A stretch of DNA of 63,931 nucleotides, counting the filler, from Lama guanicoe (taxonomy: Eukaryota): the NCBI GenBank assembly GCA_013239625.1. It is 76 parts of 73 records of this genome, joined end to end, with 100 filler letters (N's around TTAATTAATTAA, not from the genome) between each part and the next. Parts side by side here need not be neighbours in the genome. Positions count along the whole stretch, not along the records: positions 12,263 to 13,759 come from MU056218.1; positions 13,860 to 14,652 come from PNXV01019393.1; positions 14,753 to 15,803 come from MU056225.1; positions 15,904 to 16,394 come from PNXV01019423.1; positions 16,495 to 16,949 come from PNXV01019426.1; positions 17,050 to 17,604 come from PNXV01019429.1; positions 17,705 to 18,534 come from MU056230.1; positions 18,635 to 19,473 come from PNXV01019438.1; 68 more parts are not named here. One strand, given 5' to 3'. This document shows positions 13,057-26,006 of the stretch, piece after piece. Every line of letters begins with the position of its first letter. Position 1 is the first letter of the stretch. The translations under genes and the position numbers were made by a program. The notes under the pieces were generated by a model. It was not told where the DNA came from and made no database searches. It saw only the letters and a list, made by a program, of their open reading frames with translations.

Positions 13057-13704
13057 NNNNNNNNNNNNNNNNNNNNNNNNNNNNNNNNNNNNNNNNNNNN
13101 NNNNNNNNNNNNNNNNNNNNNNNNNNNNNNNNNNNNNNNNNNNNNNNNNNNNNNNNNNNNNNNNNNNNNNNNNNNNNNNNNNNNNNNNNNNNNNNNNNNN
13201 NNNNNNNNNNNNNNNNNNNNNNNNNNNNNNNNNNNNNNNNNNNNNNNNNNNNNNNNNNNNNNNNNNNNNNNNNNNNNNNNNNNNNNNNNNNNNNNNNNNN
13301 NNNNNNNNNNNNNNNNNNNNNNNNNNNNNNNNNNNNNNNNNNNNNNNNNNNNNNNNNNNNNNNNNNNNNNNNNNNNNNNNNNNNNNNNNNNNNNNNNNNN
13401 NNNNNNNNNNNNNNNNNNNNNNNNNNNNNNNNNNNNNNNNNNNNNNNNNNNNNNNNNNNNNNNNNNNNNNNNNNNNNNNNNNNNNNNNNNNNNNNNNNNN
13501 NNNNNNNNNNNNNNNNNNNNNNNNNNNNNNNNNNNNNNNNNNNNNNNNNNNNNNNNNNNNNNNNNNNNNNNNNNNNNNNNNNNNNNNNNNNNNNNNNNNN
13601 NNNNNNNNNNNNNNNNNNNNNNNNNNNNNNNNNNNNNNNNNNNNNNNNNNNNNNNNNNNNNNTAACACAAAAGGGGGGGTTGGGGGGGCAGGGAGGGTGC
13701 CATG

Positions 13705-13759
13705 AAGCTTTAGCTCAGTGGTAGAGTGTGTGCCTAGCATGCACAAGGTTCTGGGTTCA
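13705..13759 (+). mobile_element. tRNA-derived SINE head (camelid Vic-1-like), cut off by scaffold end
   Basis: tagctcagtggtagagtgtgtgcctagcatgcacaaggttctgggttca has Pol III A-box and B-box motifs and a tRNA-Ala-like TGC anticodon region, with CpG decay. Confidence 0.75.
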
Positions 13760-13859
13760 NNNNNNNNNNNNNNNNNNNNNNNNNNNNNNNNNNNNNNNNN
13801 NNNTTAATTAATTAANNNNNNNNNNNNNNNNNNNNNNNNNNNNNNNNNNNNNNNNNNNN

Positions 13860-14652
13860 GGTCATGGTCTCAAAGGAGCAGGTGGACAAATACCAGTTGG
13901 TCGCCAAGTGGTGCTGCTGTAGAGGGAGCCCAGCCAAGAGCTAAAGGACATCATCAGAGAGGACTTCCTGGAAGAAATTGGCTCTACACTCAGTTCTGAA
14001 GACAGAGTAAGAGTCAGCCAGGAGAAGGAATCAAGAGGGTAACTCAGGTGGCAGGAGAAACACGGGTAGAGGCCTGGAGGCTTGTGGGATGGGGACTCGG
14101 GGAGAGTGCCCTGTGTGGTCCAGGGTGGTGGTTGCCCCTGCTGGGAAGGACACTGGAGAGGTCCTAGGGGTGGAGGGCTTTGGAGGAGCTTGATTTTTAC
14201 TAGAACTGACTCAGAGGAGGCAGTGAAGGGTGTTAGCAGGAAGTGACCCTCAGGAGAGCAGCTCTGCCTCTCCCTTTGAGCACCACCCCGTCATTCATTT
14301 ATTCATAACACACGCAATTCTGAGTGTCTAGGGGAGAGGGGGTGGACCCACAGTAGTAAGCAAAATGTACTTGCTTCTTGAGAGCTTAGTAGTGTCAGAA
14401 GTTGACTTAGTGTAGATTGTTCTAGGAACACAGCAGGGCACCTAACTCAAAGAAAGTGCGCAGAGGGAAGGAAGGCTTCCTTGACAAACAGTCAAAATGA
14501 GCCTGGAGGCAAGTGGGAAGTAGCAGCAGGTCACGAGGCCCCTGAGGTCACTGAGGACCTGGGTACTGAGGTGAGGCTGGGAAAGCAGGGTCGGGGGTAG
14601 GGATGGAACTCTACCCGGGAGCCTCTGAAGGGTTTGAAGTGGGGTGATGTAA
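13860..14652 (-). mobile_element. Degraded L2 LINE fragments (antisense)
   Basis: tcattcatttattcataacac...ctgagtgtcta (L2 3' end, antisense) and purine-rich text such as ggacttcctggaagaa...agtcagccaggagaagg. Confidence 0.5.
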
Positions 14653-14752
14653 NNNNNNNNNNNNNNNNNNNNNNNNNNNNNNNNNNNNNNNNNNNNTTAA
14701 TTAATTAANNNNNNNNNNNNNNNNNNNNNNNNNNNNNNNNNNNNNNNNNNNN

Positions 14753-15803
14753 GAGCTGCGTGCAGTTGTCTCTAGATCTCCCCACGCACTGACAATATTT
14801 ATGTAATCCTGAGCGTGGGGAGGTACCACCATCGGTCGGCAGCGCGCGGGTTCTAGCAGAATGCCTTAGCTCGACTGCAATGGGTTTTTTCCTAATGTCT
14901 CTGTGCCAGGGAATGCTAGGGGGTTTTGCAGGAATTCCCAGTGACAGAGGCTGCCTCCCCAAGTTCAGGGAAGGTATTTCTCAGAATTCCCCCTAACAGG
15001 GAACACCTGTGACTGAAGAGAGCTGCGTGGAGTTGTCTCTCGTGCTCCANNNNNNNNNNNNNNNNNNNNNNNNNNNNNNNNNNNNNNNNNNNNNNNNNNN
15101 NNNNNNNNNNNNNNNNNNNNNNNNNNNNNNNNNNNNNNNNNNNNNNNNNNNNNNNNNNNNNNNNNNNNNNNNNNNNNNNNNNNNNNNNNNNNNNNNNNNN
15201 NNNNNNNNNNNNNNNNNNNNNNNNNNNNNNNNNNNNNNNNNNNNNNNNNNNNNNNNNNNNNNNNNNNNNNNNNNNNNNNNNNNNNNNNNNNNNNNNNNNN
15301 NNNNNNNNNNNNNNNNNNNNNNNNNNNNNNNNNNNNNNNNNNNNNNNNNNNNNNNNNNNNNNNNNNNNNNNNNNNNNNNNNNNNNNNNNNNNNNNNNNNN
15401 NNNNNNNNNNNNNNNNNNNNNNNNNNNNNNNNNNNNNNNNNNNNNNNNNNNNNNNNNNNNNNNNNNNNNNNNNNNNNNNNNNNNNNNNNNNNNNNNNNNN
15501 NNNNNNNNNNNNNNNNNNNNNNNNNNNNNNNNNNNNNNNNNNNNNNNNNNNNNNNNNNNNNNNNNNNNNNNNNNNNNNNNNNNNNNNNNNNNNNNNNNNN
15601 NNNNNNNNNNNNNNNNNNNNNNNNNNNNNNNNNNNNNNNNNNNNNNNNNNNNNNNNNNNNNNNNNNNNNNNNNNNNNNNNNNNNNNNNNNNNNNNNNNNN
15701 NNNNNNNNNNNNNNNNNNNNNNNNNNNNNNNNNNNNNNNNNNNNNNNNNCTCCTCAATTTCAGGGAAGGTATTTCTCAGAATTCCCCATAACAGGGAACA
15801 CCT
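14753..15803 (-). repeat. Satellite family A (reverse)
   Basis: gggaacacctgtgactgaagagagctgcgtggagttgtctctc. Confidence 0.95.
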
Positions 15804-15903
15804 NNNNNNNNNNNNNNNNNNNNNNNNNNNNNNNNNNNNNNNNNNNNTTAATTAATTAANNNNNNNNNNNNNNNNNNNNNNNNNNNNNNNNNNNNNNNNN
15901 NNN

Positions 15904-16394
15904 GAGCAGTGGAAGTGTTTACTTACATCCCCAACCTGGGAACACCTGTGATTCTATAAATAAACGTGGACTTTGTTTCCCCAACTCCAGGACACACATG
16001 AAGAACTTTTCTGGTATCCTGAGTGTGGGGAGGCTCCTCCAACTGTCAGCAGAAGCTGGGATCTAATAGAATCACTTGGCTTGACTTCCCTGAGTGTTTC
16101 CATAGGCCGGGCTGTGAGCGAAGGTGTGGTTGAACACTAAACCAAAATAATAGCGAGTGCCTCTCTATGAGCAGTGGAAGTGTTTAACTACATCCCCAAC
16201 CTGGGACCACTTGTGCCCCCAGAAAGATGCGTGGACAAGCACACACATGACATTGGGTTCAGATGTCTGGAGTGTGGGGAGGTTCTTCCCAATAACAGCA
16301 GGGCCTGGGTTCTAATATAATACCTTAACTTGACTTCCATGATGGATTCAAAAGGCCGGTGTGCGGGGGAAATTTGGGATTAGGCTCTAAACCA
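15904..16394 (+). repeat. Satellite family C (~265-269-bp monomer; diverged relative of A, written in A-minus orientation)
   Basis: Landmark gggaacacctgtg or variant at 15938 and 16203. Confidence 0.9.
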
Positions 16395-16494
16395 NNNNNN
16401 NNNNNNNNNNNNNNNNNNNNNNNNNNNNNNNNNNNNNNTTAATTAATTAANNNNNNNNNNNNNNNNNNNNNNNNNNNNNNNNNNNNNNNNNNNN

Positions 16495-16949
16495 GGTGAA
16501 GGACGGCTTTCACACACGCTTAACCCTCAAATCTGAGCATGTGCAGGGACGTTCGTTCATCTAGCACAAAGTGAACAGGTTGCAGTAGAAACAATTACTT
16601 TGGTTTCTCAGTCTATTTCCTAGTGCCGGTTTGAAGTTCCTGCAGTTTTCACTGTAAAACCGAGTTGGAGCATGAACCTCCACATATATATGTATGGAGT
16701 GGAGTCTGCAACTGCAGAGAAACTTTGTGTTCCCAACATGCTAGGTGAAGGACGGCTTTCACACATGCTTAACTCTCAAAATGATCATGTGGAGAGATAT
16801 TCTTTCATCTAGCATCAAGGGAACAGCTTGCAGGAGAAACACTTACTCTGGATTCTCAGTCAGTTTCCTACTGCCGGTATGAATTTCCTGCAGTTTTCAT
16901 TGTAAAACCGAGTTGGAGCTTATACCTCCCCATATATATTTATGGAGTG
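16495..16949 (+). repeat. Satellite family B
   Basis: ggtgaaggacggctttcacaca at 16495 and 16744 (249-bp period). Confidence 0.95.
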
Positions 16950-17049
16950 NNNNNNNNNNNNNNNNNNNNNNNNNNNNNNNNNNNNNNNNNNNNTTAATTA
17001 ATTAANNNNNNNNNNNNNNNNNNNNNNNNNNNNNNNNNNNNNNNNNNNN

Positions 17050-17604
17050 AGTGCCGGGTTGAAGTGTCTAACGTTTTCACTGTAAAACCGATTAGGAGCT
17101 TATACCTCCCATTATATATGTATGGAGTGGAGTTGGCAACTGAACAGAAACTTTGTGTTCCCTTCAAGCTAGGTGAAGGTCGGCTTTCACACACACTTAT
17201 CTCTCAGTACTGATCATGTGGACAGAAGATCGTTCATCCAGCACAAAGGGAACGGGTTGCCGGTGAAACACTTACTCTGGTTTCTCAGTCTGTTTCCTAG
17301 CGCCGGTTTGAAGTGCCTGCCGTTTTCACTCTAAACCCGAGTTGGAATTTGTACCTCCCCATATATTTGTATGGATTGGAGTTGTCAACTGAAAAGAAAT
17401 TTTTTGTTCCCTTCAAGATAGGTTAAGGACGGCTTTTGCGCACACTTATCTCTCAGAACTGATCATGTGGAGAGAGGATCGTTCATCCAGCAAAAAGGTA
17501 ACGGGTTGCAGGAGAAACACTTACTCTGGTTTCCCAGTGTGTTTCCTAGACAGAAGATCGTTCATCCAGCACAAAGGGAACGGGTTGCAGGAGAAACACT
17601 TACT
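17050..17604 (+). repeat. Satellite family B
   Basis: aggt(g/t)aagg at 17171 and 17420 (249 bp); phase jump near 17549. Confidence 0.95.
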
Positions 17605-17704
17605 NNNNNNNNNNNNNNNNNNNNNNNNNNNNNNNNNNNNNNNNNNNNTTAATTAATTAANNNNNNNNNNNNNNNNNNNNNNNNNNNNNNNNNNNNNNNN
17701 NNNN

Positions 17705-18534
17705 GCAGAGAAACCATTCCCAATTAAAAGAACAAGAGAAATCCCCTGAAAGTGTGTTCAGTGAAATAGACATCAATATCATACTAGATCAAGATTTCAA
17801 AAGAGGAGTGATCAAATTACTGGAGGAAATAAAAGATAGTGCTTAGAGAAGTAAAATATGTTAAAAATGAAATGGAAGCTATAAAGAAGAGCCGAGTAGA
17901 ATAGGAAAACCCGTTGACTGAGATGAGGAATGATCTAAAGGTGTTGCAAAGCTGACTAGATAATGCAGAGGAATGAATTAGTGATCTAGAAGGCAGGAAA
18001 ATAGAAAGNNNNNNNNNNNNNNNNNNNNNNNNNNNNNNNNNNNNNNNNNNNNNNNNNNNNNNNNNNNNNNNNNNNNNNNNNNNNNNNNNNNNNNNNNNNN
18101 NNNNNNNNNNNNNNNNNNNNNNNNNNNNNNNNNNNNNNNNNNNNNNNNNNNNNNNNNNNNNNNNNNNNNNNNNCCAAACTTAAAGAAGGGATCAGATATC
18201 CACGTACAGGAAGCTCAGAGTGTCCCAGACAGGAAGAACTCAAACCCACAGCAAGACATATAATAAAGATGGCCAGATTCAAGGATAAATAAATGATTCT
18301 AAAGGCAGCAAGTGAATCTCAAACAGAGAGTTACAAGGAAATCCCCATAAGGCTCACAGCTGATTTCACAAAACAAATACTACAGAACAGAAGGGAGTGG
18401 CAAGATAAATTCAAAGTCCTGAATGAAAACAATTATATACATTAGGATACATTAACCATCAAGGCTTTACTCTATGATAGAAGAGGACATAAAAGATTTC
18501 ACAGACAAAAAAAGCTACAAGAGTTTAGCAACAC
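17705..18534 (+). mobile_element. LINE-1 ORF1 fragment, degenerate
   Basis: Begins QRNHSQLKEQEKSPE, then coiled-coil text (gactagataatgcagaggaatgaattagtgatctagaa) and RRM/CTD text (caggaagctcagagtgtccca; cccataaggctcacagctgattt). Confidence 0.9.
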
Positions 18535-18634
18535 NNNNNNNNNNNNNNNNNNNNNNNNNNNNNNNNNNNNNNNNNNNNTTAATTAATTAANNNNNNNNNN
18601 NNNNNNNNNNNNNNNNNNNNNNNNNNNNNNNNNN

Positions 18635-19473
18635 TCAATTTTCATTGTAAAATCGTCTTCAGGCTAGTACCTCCCCGTATATACTTATGTAGTTAGTTCG
18701 GCATTCAAAAGAAACTGTGTTCCCTGCAAGCTAAGTGATAGATGGTATTCGCTAGCATTAAACTCAAAACAGAGCATGTGGACAGGCTTTCTTTCGTCTA
18801 GTATAAAGGGAATGGGTTGCACTAGAAATAATTACTCTTGTTTCTTAGTATGTTTCCTTGTGTCGGTAAATTTGCTGCAGGTTTCACGGTAAAACAGTTG
18901 GAGCTAGTACCTCTCCATATATATGAATATATTGTAGTTTCCCACTCAAAAGAATATGTTTGTTTCCAACAGGCTAGGTGATTGTCGGCTTTCACACACA
19001 CTTAAATCTCAGAAACTTAAATCTCAGAATTGAGCATGTGGAGTCTGGTTCGTTCATCTAACATAAAGGGAATGGGTATCATTAGAAACACTTACTCTGA
19101 TTTGTCAGTATGTTTCCTAGTGCCGGTTTGAAGTTCATGCAGTTTTCACTGTAAAATCGACTTGGAGCTAGTACCTCCCCATATATATGTATGTAGTGTA
19201 GTTCCGCAGTCAAAAGAAACTGTGTGCTCTGTACAAGACTAGTGATAGATAATTCGCACACATTCCACCCTCAGAACTGAGCCTGTGGAGAGACGTTCGT
19301 TCATCTAGGATGAAAGGAATGATTTACCGTAGAAACACTTACTAAGGTTTCTCAGTATATTTCCTCGTGCCGGTTTGAATTTCATGCATTTTTCACTGTA
19401 AAACAGAGGTGGAGCTAGTACCTTCCCATATATATTTATATAGTGTTATTCCCAACTCCAAAGAAACTGTGTG
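18635..19473 (+). repeat. Satellite family B, AT-shifted diverged subtype
   Basis: gagcatgtgga...tttcctagtgccggtttgaagttcatgcagttttcactgtaaaa repeated at ~250-bp spacing. Confidence 0.9.
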
Positions 19474-19573
19474 NNNNNNNNNNNNNNNNNNNNNNNNNNN
19501 NNNNNNNNNNNNNNNNNTTAATTAATTAANNNNNNNNNNNNNNNNNNNNNNNNNNNNNNNNNNNNNNNNNNNN

Positions 19574-21268
19574 CCATATTCTATATTTTGTGTTCTATAT
19601 TCTATATTCTTTATTCTTTATTTGACATTCCGTATCCTATATTCTAAATTCTGAATTCTACATTCTATATTCTAATTTCGATACTCAGTATTCTGTATTC
19701 TATATTCTAAATTCTGTGTTCTAAANNNNNNNNNNNNNNNNNNNNNNNNNNNNNNNNNNNNNNNNNNNNNNNNNNNNNNNNNNNNNNNNNNNNNNNNNNN
19801 NNNNNNNNNNNNNNNNNNNNNNNNNNNNNNNNNNNNNNNNNNNNNNNNNNNNNNNNNNNNNNNNNNNNNNNNNNNNNNNNNNNNNNNNNNNNNNNNNNNN
19901 NNNNNNNNNNNNNNNNNNNNNNNNNNNNNNNNNNNNNNNNNNNNNNNNNNNNNNNNNNNNNNNNNNNNNNNNNNNNNNNNNNNNNNNNNNNNNNNNNNNN
20001 NNNNNNNNNNNNNNNNNNNNNNNNNNNNNNNNNNNNNNNNNNNNNNNNNNNNNNNNNNNNNNNNNNNNNNNNNNNNNNNNNNNNNNNNNNNNNNNNNNNN
20101 NNNNNNNNNNNNNNNNNNNNNNNNNNNNNNNNNNNNNNNNNNNNNNNNNNNNNNNNNNNNNNNNNNNNNNNNNNNNNNNNNNNNNNNNNNNNNNNNNNNN
20201 NNNNNNNNNNNNNNNNNNNNNNNNNNNNNNNNNNNNNNNNNNNNNNNNNNNNNNNNNNNNNNNNNNNNNNNNNNNNNNNNNNNNNNNNNNNNNNNNNNNN
20301 NNATATTCTGTATATTCTGCATTCCGTATTCTATATTCTATACTCTGTGTTCTACATTCCAAATTCTAATTTCTATATACAGTATTCTGTATTCTATATT
20401 CTTAATATTGTGTTCTGCATTCCATGTTCTAAATTTTGGGTTCTATATTCAATCCTCTATATTCTATATTCTGTGTTCTATATTGTATATTCTATATTCT
20501 ATATTCAGCATTCCGTATTCTATATTCTATATTCTGGGTTCTGAATTCCATGTTCTCAAATCTATATTCACTGTTCGGTATTCTATATTCTATATTCTGA
20601 GTTCTGCTTTACATGTTCTAAATTCTATATTCTGTATTCTGTATTCAATATTCTAAATTCTGTGTTCTGCATTCCATGTTCTAAATTGTGGGTTCTATAT
20701 TCTCTATTCTATATTCTATATTCTGTGTTCTACATTCTATATTCTATATTCTATATTCAGTATTCTGTCTTTTATATTCCAAATTCTGTGTTCTTCATTC
20801 CATGTTCTAAATCCAGCGATCATATTCTGTTTTCAATATTCTACATTCTGTGTTCTAGATAATATGTTGTGTATTCTTTGTTTTGCATTCCGTATTCTAT
20901 ATTCTATATTCTGTGTCCTACATTCTATAATCTAAATTCTATATTCAGTATTCTGTATTCTATATTCTAAATTCTGTGTTCTGCATTCCATGTTCTAAAT
21001 TCTGGGTTCTATATACTATACTCTATATTCTTTATTCTGTGTTCTAAATTCTATATTNNNNNNNNNNNNNNNNNNNNNNNNNNNNNNNNNNNNNNNNNNN
21101 NNNNNNNNNNNNNNNNNNNNNNNNNNNNNNNNNNNNNNNNNNNNNNNNNNNNNNNNNNNNNNNNNNNNNNNNNNNNNNNNCTGGGTACTATAATTTCTAT
21201 TCTATATTCTATACTTTGGGTTCAAAATTCTATATTCTATATTCTATATTCTGCATTCCGTATTCTAT
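19574..21268 (-). repeat. Satellite family D (heptamer, reverse: (ATATTCT)n)
   Basis: Phased tattcta/tgttctg/aattctg 7-mers. Confidence 0.93.
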
Positions 21269-21368
21269 NNNNNNNNNNNNNNNNNNNNNNNNNNNNNNNN
21301 NNNNNNNNNNNNTTAATTAATTAANNNNNNNNNNNNNNNNNNNNNNNNNNNNNNNNNNNNNNNNNNNN

Positions 21369-22291
21369 GCGCTGCCGACCGTTGGTGGAACCTCCCGACA
21401 CTCAGGATTCCGGAAACATTGTCAGGGCGTGGGGGAACTCGAGAGTCAACTCCACGCAGCTCTCTTCAGTCACAGGTGTTCCCTGTTCGGGGAAGTCCGA
21501 GAAATACCTTCCCTGACCTTGGGGAGGCAGCCTCTGTCCCTGGGACNNNNNNNNNNNNNNNNNNNNNNNNNNNNNNNNNNNNNNNNNNNNNNNNNNNNNN
21601 NNNNNNNNNNNNNNNNNNNNNNNNNNNNNNNNNNNNNNNNNNNNNNNNNNNNNNNNNNNNNNNNNNNNNNNNNNNNNNNNNNNNNNNNNNNNNNNNNNNN
21701 NNNNNNNNNNNNNNNNNNNNNNNNNNNNNNNNNNNNNNNNNNNNNNNNNNNNNNNNNNNNNNNNNNNNNNNNNNNNNNNNNNNNNNNNNNNNNNNNNNNN
21801 NNNNNNNNNNNNNNNNNNNNNNNNNNNNNNNNNNNNNNNNNNNNNNNNNNNNNNNNNNNNNNNNNNNNNNNNNNNNNNNNNNNNNNNNNNNNNNNNNNNN
21901 NNNNNNNNNNNNNNNNNNNNNNNNNNNNNNNNNNNNNNNNNNNNNNNNNNNNNNNNNNNNNNNNNNNNNNNNNNNNNNNNNNNNNNNNNNNNNNNNNNNN
22001 NNNNNNNNNNNNNNNNNNNNNNNNNNNNNNNNNNNNNNNNNNNNNNNNNNNNNNNNNNNNNNNNNNNNNNNNNNNNNNNNNNNNNNNNNNNNNNNNNNNN
22101 NNNNNNNNNNNNNNNNNNNNNNNNNNNNNNNNNNNNNNNNNNNNNNNNNNNNNNNNNNNNNNNNNNNNNNNNNNCTTCAGTCACTTCCCTGTACGGGGAA
22201 GTCCGAGAAAAACCTTCTCTGAACTTTGGGAGGCAGCCTCTATCCCTGTGACTTCCTGCAATCCCCCCTTGCATTCCCTGGCACAGAGACA
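21369..22291 (+). repeat. Satellite family A
   Basis: Family A monomer on both sides of an internal gap. Confidence 0.95.
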
Positions 22292-22740
22292 NNNNNNNNN
22301 NNNNNNNNNNNNNNNNNNNNNNNNNNNNNNNNNNNTTAATTAATTAANNNNNNNNNNNNNNNNNNNNNNNNNNNNNNNNNNNNNNNNNNNNAAAAGAATG
22401 GAGGAAAAGAGGGTTTGAAAACAGTGTATAATCAATAATAAAAGAGGAAGTTGAAGAAGAATAGGAATCGAGTTGAGATGTCTTTTTAAAACCTTAATAA
22501 AAAGAAGAAAAAAATAAAAACCCAGTATTTAAAACCTGTGAATAATCAATAACAGATCAAATCCAAGAGAATTAAAAATGAAATGAGAATTGTAAACATA
22601 TAGAACTGTTTAAAAAGTAAAGATTAAAAAGCTAATAGAANNNNNNNNNNNNNNNNNNNNNNNNNNNNNNNNNNNNNNNNNNNNTTAATTAATTAANNNN
22701 NNNNNNNNNNNNNNNNNNNNNNNNNNNNNNNNNNNNNNNN

Positions 22741-23835
22741 TTTTGGGTATCTTGCATTTCCATATTAGTTTTAGGATCAGCTTGTTCATTTCTGCCAAAA
22801 AGCCAGAGCTGCATTGAATGTATAGGTCATTTTGAGGACAATGGCCATCCTAACAATAATAAGGCTTCTGATCCATGAACACAGAAGAGCTTTCCATTTA
22901 TTTTAGGTCATTTTTAATTTCTATCACTAATATTTTAGTTTTCAATATACAAGTTTCAGATATTTTTCTCAGTTTTCCACATATTTTTCTTAATATTACT
23001 AATTATTTTATTCTTTTTGATGCTATTGTAAATGAAAAGGTTTCCTTCATTTTATTTTTAGATTACTCACTGCTGTTGAATAGAAATATAATTACGTTTT
23101 ATATATTCATTTGTGTCTTACAATTTTGGTCAGACTGTGTTATTAATTCTAAGAGGATCTTTTTCTTTTCTCTCTGTTTTTCCTTTGTGGATTCCTTGTG
23201 ATTTCAATATATAATATCATGTCATCTGGAATCAAAACAGTTTTATTTCTTTCTTTCTAATCTAGAGGCTTTATTTTCTTTGTCTGATTGATTTGACTAG
23301 AACCACTAGTAAAATGTTGATTTTGGGAGGGAATAATTCAGTGCTTCTGCATTATGTATGATCTTTGCTTCAGGTTTTTCATAGATGTTCTCTGTCAAGT
23401 TGAGGAAGTTCTCTTCTATTCCTAGTTTTTATCCATTATTCTATTAATATGGTGTATTACATGAATTGACTTTTGTATGTTGTACTGCCTTTGCATACCT
23501 GGANNNNNNNNNNNNNNNNNNNNNNNNNNNNNNNNNNNNNNNNNNNNNNNNNNNNNNNNNNNNNNNNNNNNNNNNNNNNNNNNNNNNNNNNNNNNNNNNN
23601 NNNNNNNNNNNNNNNNNNNNNNNNNNNNNNNTTTCTTGTGATTGGTTTTCGTATCAGTGTGATACTAGTCTCATTGAATGAATTGGGAAGTGTGCCCACC
23701 TCTTTATTTTCAGACGAATTTGTGAAGCATTTTTTGTTTGTTTTTGTTTTTTCTTTAAGTAGTTGTTGGAATTCACCAGCAAAGCGATATGGGCCTAGCA
23801 TTTCTTTGTGTGAATGTTTTGGATTGCTATTTCAG
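22741..23835 (-). mobile_element. Old LINE-1 ORF2 fragment (antisense)
   Basis: Minus-strand translation GPYRFAGEFQQLLKEK...GTLPNSFNETSITLIRKP matches L1 ORF2 GPDGFTGEFYQ...LPNSFYEASITLIPKP. Confidence 0.9.
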
Positions 23836-24842
23836 NNNNNNNNNNNNNNNNNNNNNNNNNNNNNNNNNNNNNNNNNNNNTTAATTAATTAANNNNNNNNN
23901 NNNNNNNNNNNNNNNNNNNNNNNNNNNNNNNNNNNGAAAAGAAAAATCCTACTGTAATATCATCTATCTGGAATACATATATGACTTCCACGTTTGAAAA
24001 GTAACTGTGTAGTGGTTTTTGAAGTCAGGAGCATTCCAGCTCAGTTACTGGCAGTGGTGGTTGCTGGTTTTCAATGGAAGAGCCTAAATTTGCCTTCTTA
24101 GCTTTTTTTTTTTTGTATTTTTGTAGTGAGAGGGTTAAGTAGTGCTTTGCCAGCATGATTTTGGGGCAATTTGAGGGCAGATGTGTACCAGCAGTGAGAT
24201 ATTTCCATGCATTGTATTTTTTGAACATCACCAGGGCACGTGTGGGTTTGTGCCTGCAGGCTGGGATGCTGCAGGGCTCCCTGATCCATCACCGTTATGT
24301 CTTGGTGCTGCTACAGTCAGTGAATGATTTTCTGTGGCTTGGAGGTAAGGTGGTCTGATGCAGATGATCAGATGTGCAGTTAAAGTGCTATTACTTGAAA
24401 TAAGAGTAACCTAGAAACATGGCTCTAACAATACAGGATGAGGGAGGAGAACTGGCTGAGCTGCTTGCAGTGGGGAGTCTTCTCAGGTGACTCCCTAACC
24501 GTGATTCCTGCTAATATCCACCCCATCCCTGCACGGCAGTCTTAATATGGAAGAAAAGATTGTCAGTGAGCAATCTAAGTAAAATCTTTACTCTTTTCTT
24601 TCCTGATGATGAATATGTAAGTTGTTTTCATGGGCTAAGTACATTTCCTCATTTGTGAAATTTGAGTAATATCGTTTCCGTTGTCTGACTGTCAGAGTTA
24701 GACGCCTTGTATACAAAGAACTGAAGAGGTGCTTAATAAAAANNNNNNNNNNNNNNNNNNNNNNNNNNNNNNNNNNNNNNNNNNNNTTAATTAATTAANN
24801 NNNNNNNNNNNNNNNNNNNNNNNNNNNNNNNNNNNNNNNNNN

Positions 24843-25665
24843 GTCTATTAATCTTTTATCCTGCAATTTCAGTGAATTCATTTATTAGCTCAAATAGTTT
24901 TCTGCTGGAGATTTCATGGTTTGCTAGGTATAATACCATGTTATCTGAAAATAGTGACAGTTTTCCTTCTTCCCTTCCAACTGGGAGGCCTTTTATTTCT
25001 TTTTCTTTTCTATTTGCTGTAGCTAGGACATCCAATATTATGCTAAATAGAAATGGTGAGAGTGGGCATACTTGTCTTGTTTCAGTTTTTCACCATTATG
25101 CTTGATGTTAGCTGTGGGTTCTTCAAAAATGGATTTATTATCTTGTGGTATGTTCTATCTATCTCAATTTTGTTCAGAGTTTTTATCATAAATAGGTGTT
25201 AAATTTTTTTCAGATGCTTTTTCTGCATCTGGTGAGATGATTATGTGATTTTTACTCCTTCAGTTTGTTAATATGGTGTGTAACCCTGATTAATTTGAAG
25301 ATGTTGAACCATCCTTGCATCCCTGCTCTAAATCATGTCTGATCATGGTGAATGACCTTCTTTATGTTGTGTTGAATTCTATTTGCAAATATTTTGTTGA
25401 GGATCATTGCATCTTTATTAATCAGAGATATCGGTTGTAATTTTTTTTGTAGTGTCTTTATGGTTTTTGTATCAGGCTAATGGTGGCCATGTAGAATGAA
25501 TTTGGGAATGTTCCCTCCTCTTAAAATTTTTTGAATAGTTTGAGAGGATAGGTATTAACTCTTCTTTATATGTTTGTAGAATAACCTTGTGAAGCTTTTG
25601 GTCCTGGACTTTTGTCTGGTGGGAGTTTTTTTAAATTACAAATTTAATTTCACTACTACTGATTG
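24843..25665 (-). mobile_element. LINE-1 ORF2 reverse-transcriptase region (antisense)
   Basis: gatgctttttctgcatc (DAEKA), aaccatccttgcatccc (GMQGWF), ggtcctggactttt (KSPGP). Confidence 0.92.
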
Positions 25666-25882
25666 NNNNNNNNNNNNNNNNNNNNNNNNNNNNNNNNNNN
25701 NNNNNNNNNTTAATTAATTAANNNNNNNNNNNNNNNNNNNNNNNNNNNNNNNNNNNNNNNNNNNNCAGATTTTTTAGCAGGCCATACTGAATCCTAGCAC
25801 AGAAATATCTGATGTACTAGTGGTGAGTAAGTTCCAGGAAAACTTCAGTAATTCCTCCACTTGTGTAAGGACATACACTCAC

Positions 25883-26006
25883 TTGCCGAAGGTGAATGTA
25901 GACAGCATTCTGGAGAAATTCGGAAGCTTCCAGGCTCCACTTCTTGATGCCGAGGACACGGACAGCTTGGAAGCATGCTTCTAACTCGGTCACCGGCATT
26001 CTTACA
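25883..26006 (-). pseudogene. TRAPPC9: Intron-flanked, frameshifted copy of a TRAPPC9 (NIBP) internal exon (unprocessed duplicate)
   Basis: Acceptor tttacccctgtag| and donor CAA|gtgagt enclose 124 nt. It reads CKNAG, then in a shifted frame [43 protein letters not shown]9 as recalled reads [42 protein letters not shown] (126 nt). Confidence 0.85.

Noticed and set aside
13705..13759. Genuine tRNA-Ala gene
   Set aside because: Stem mismatches and CpG decay fit a tRNA-derived SINE, and the 3' half is missing so a cloverleaf cannot be confirmed.
19574..21268. Y/S/I/F/L-rich ORFs resembling membrane proteins
   Set aside because: They are translations of the (ATATTCT)n heptamer satellite.
22392..22640. 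A-rich fragment as a distinct element
   Set aside because: Low complexity; possibly L1-derived but I could not assign it.
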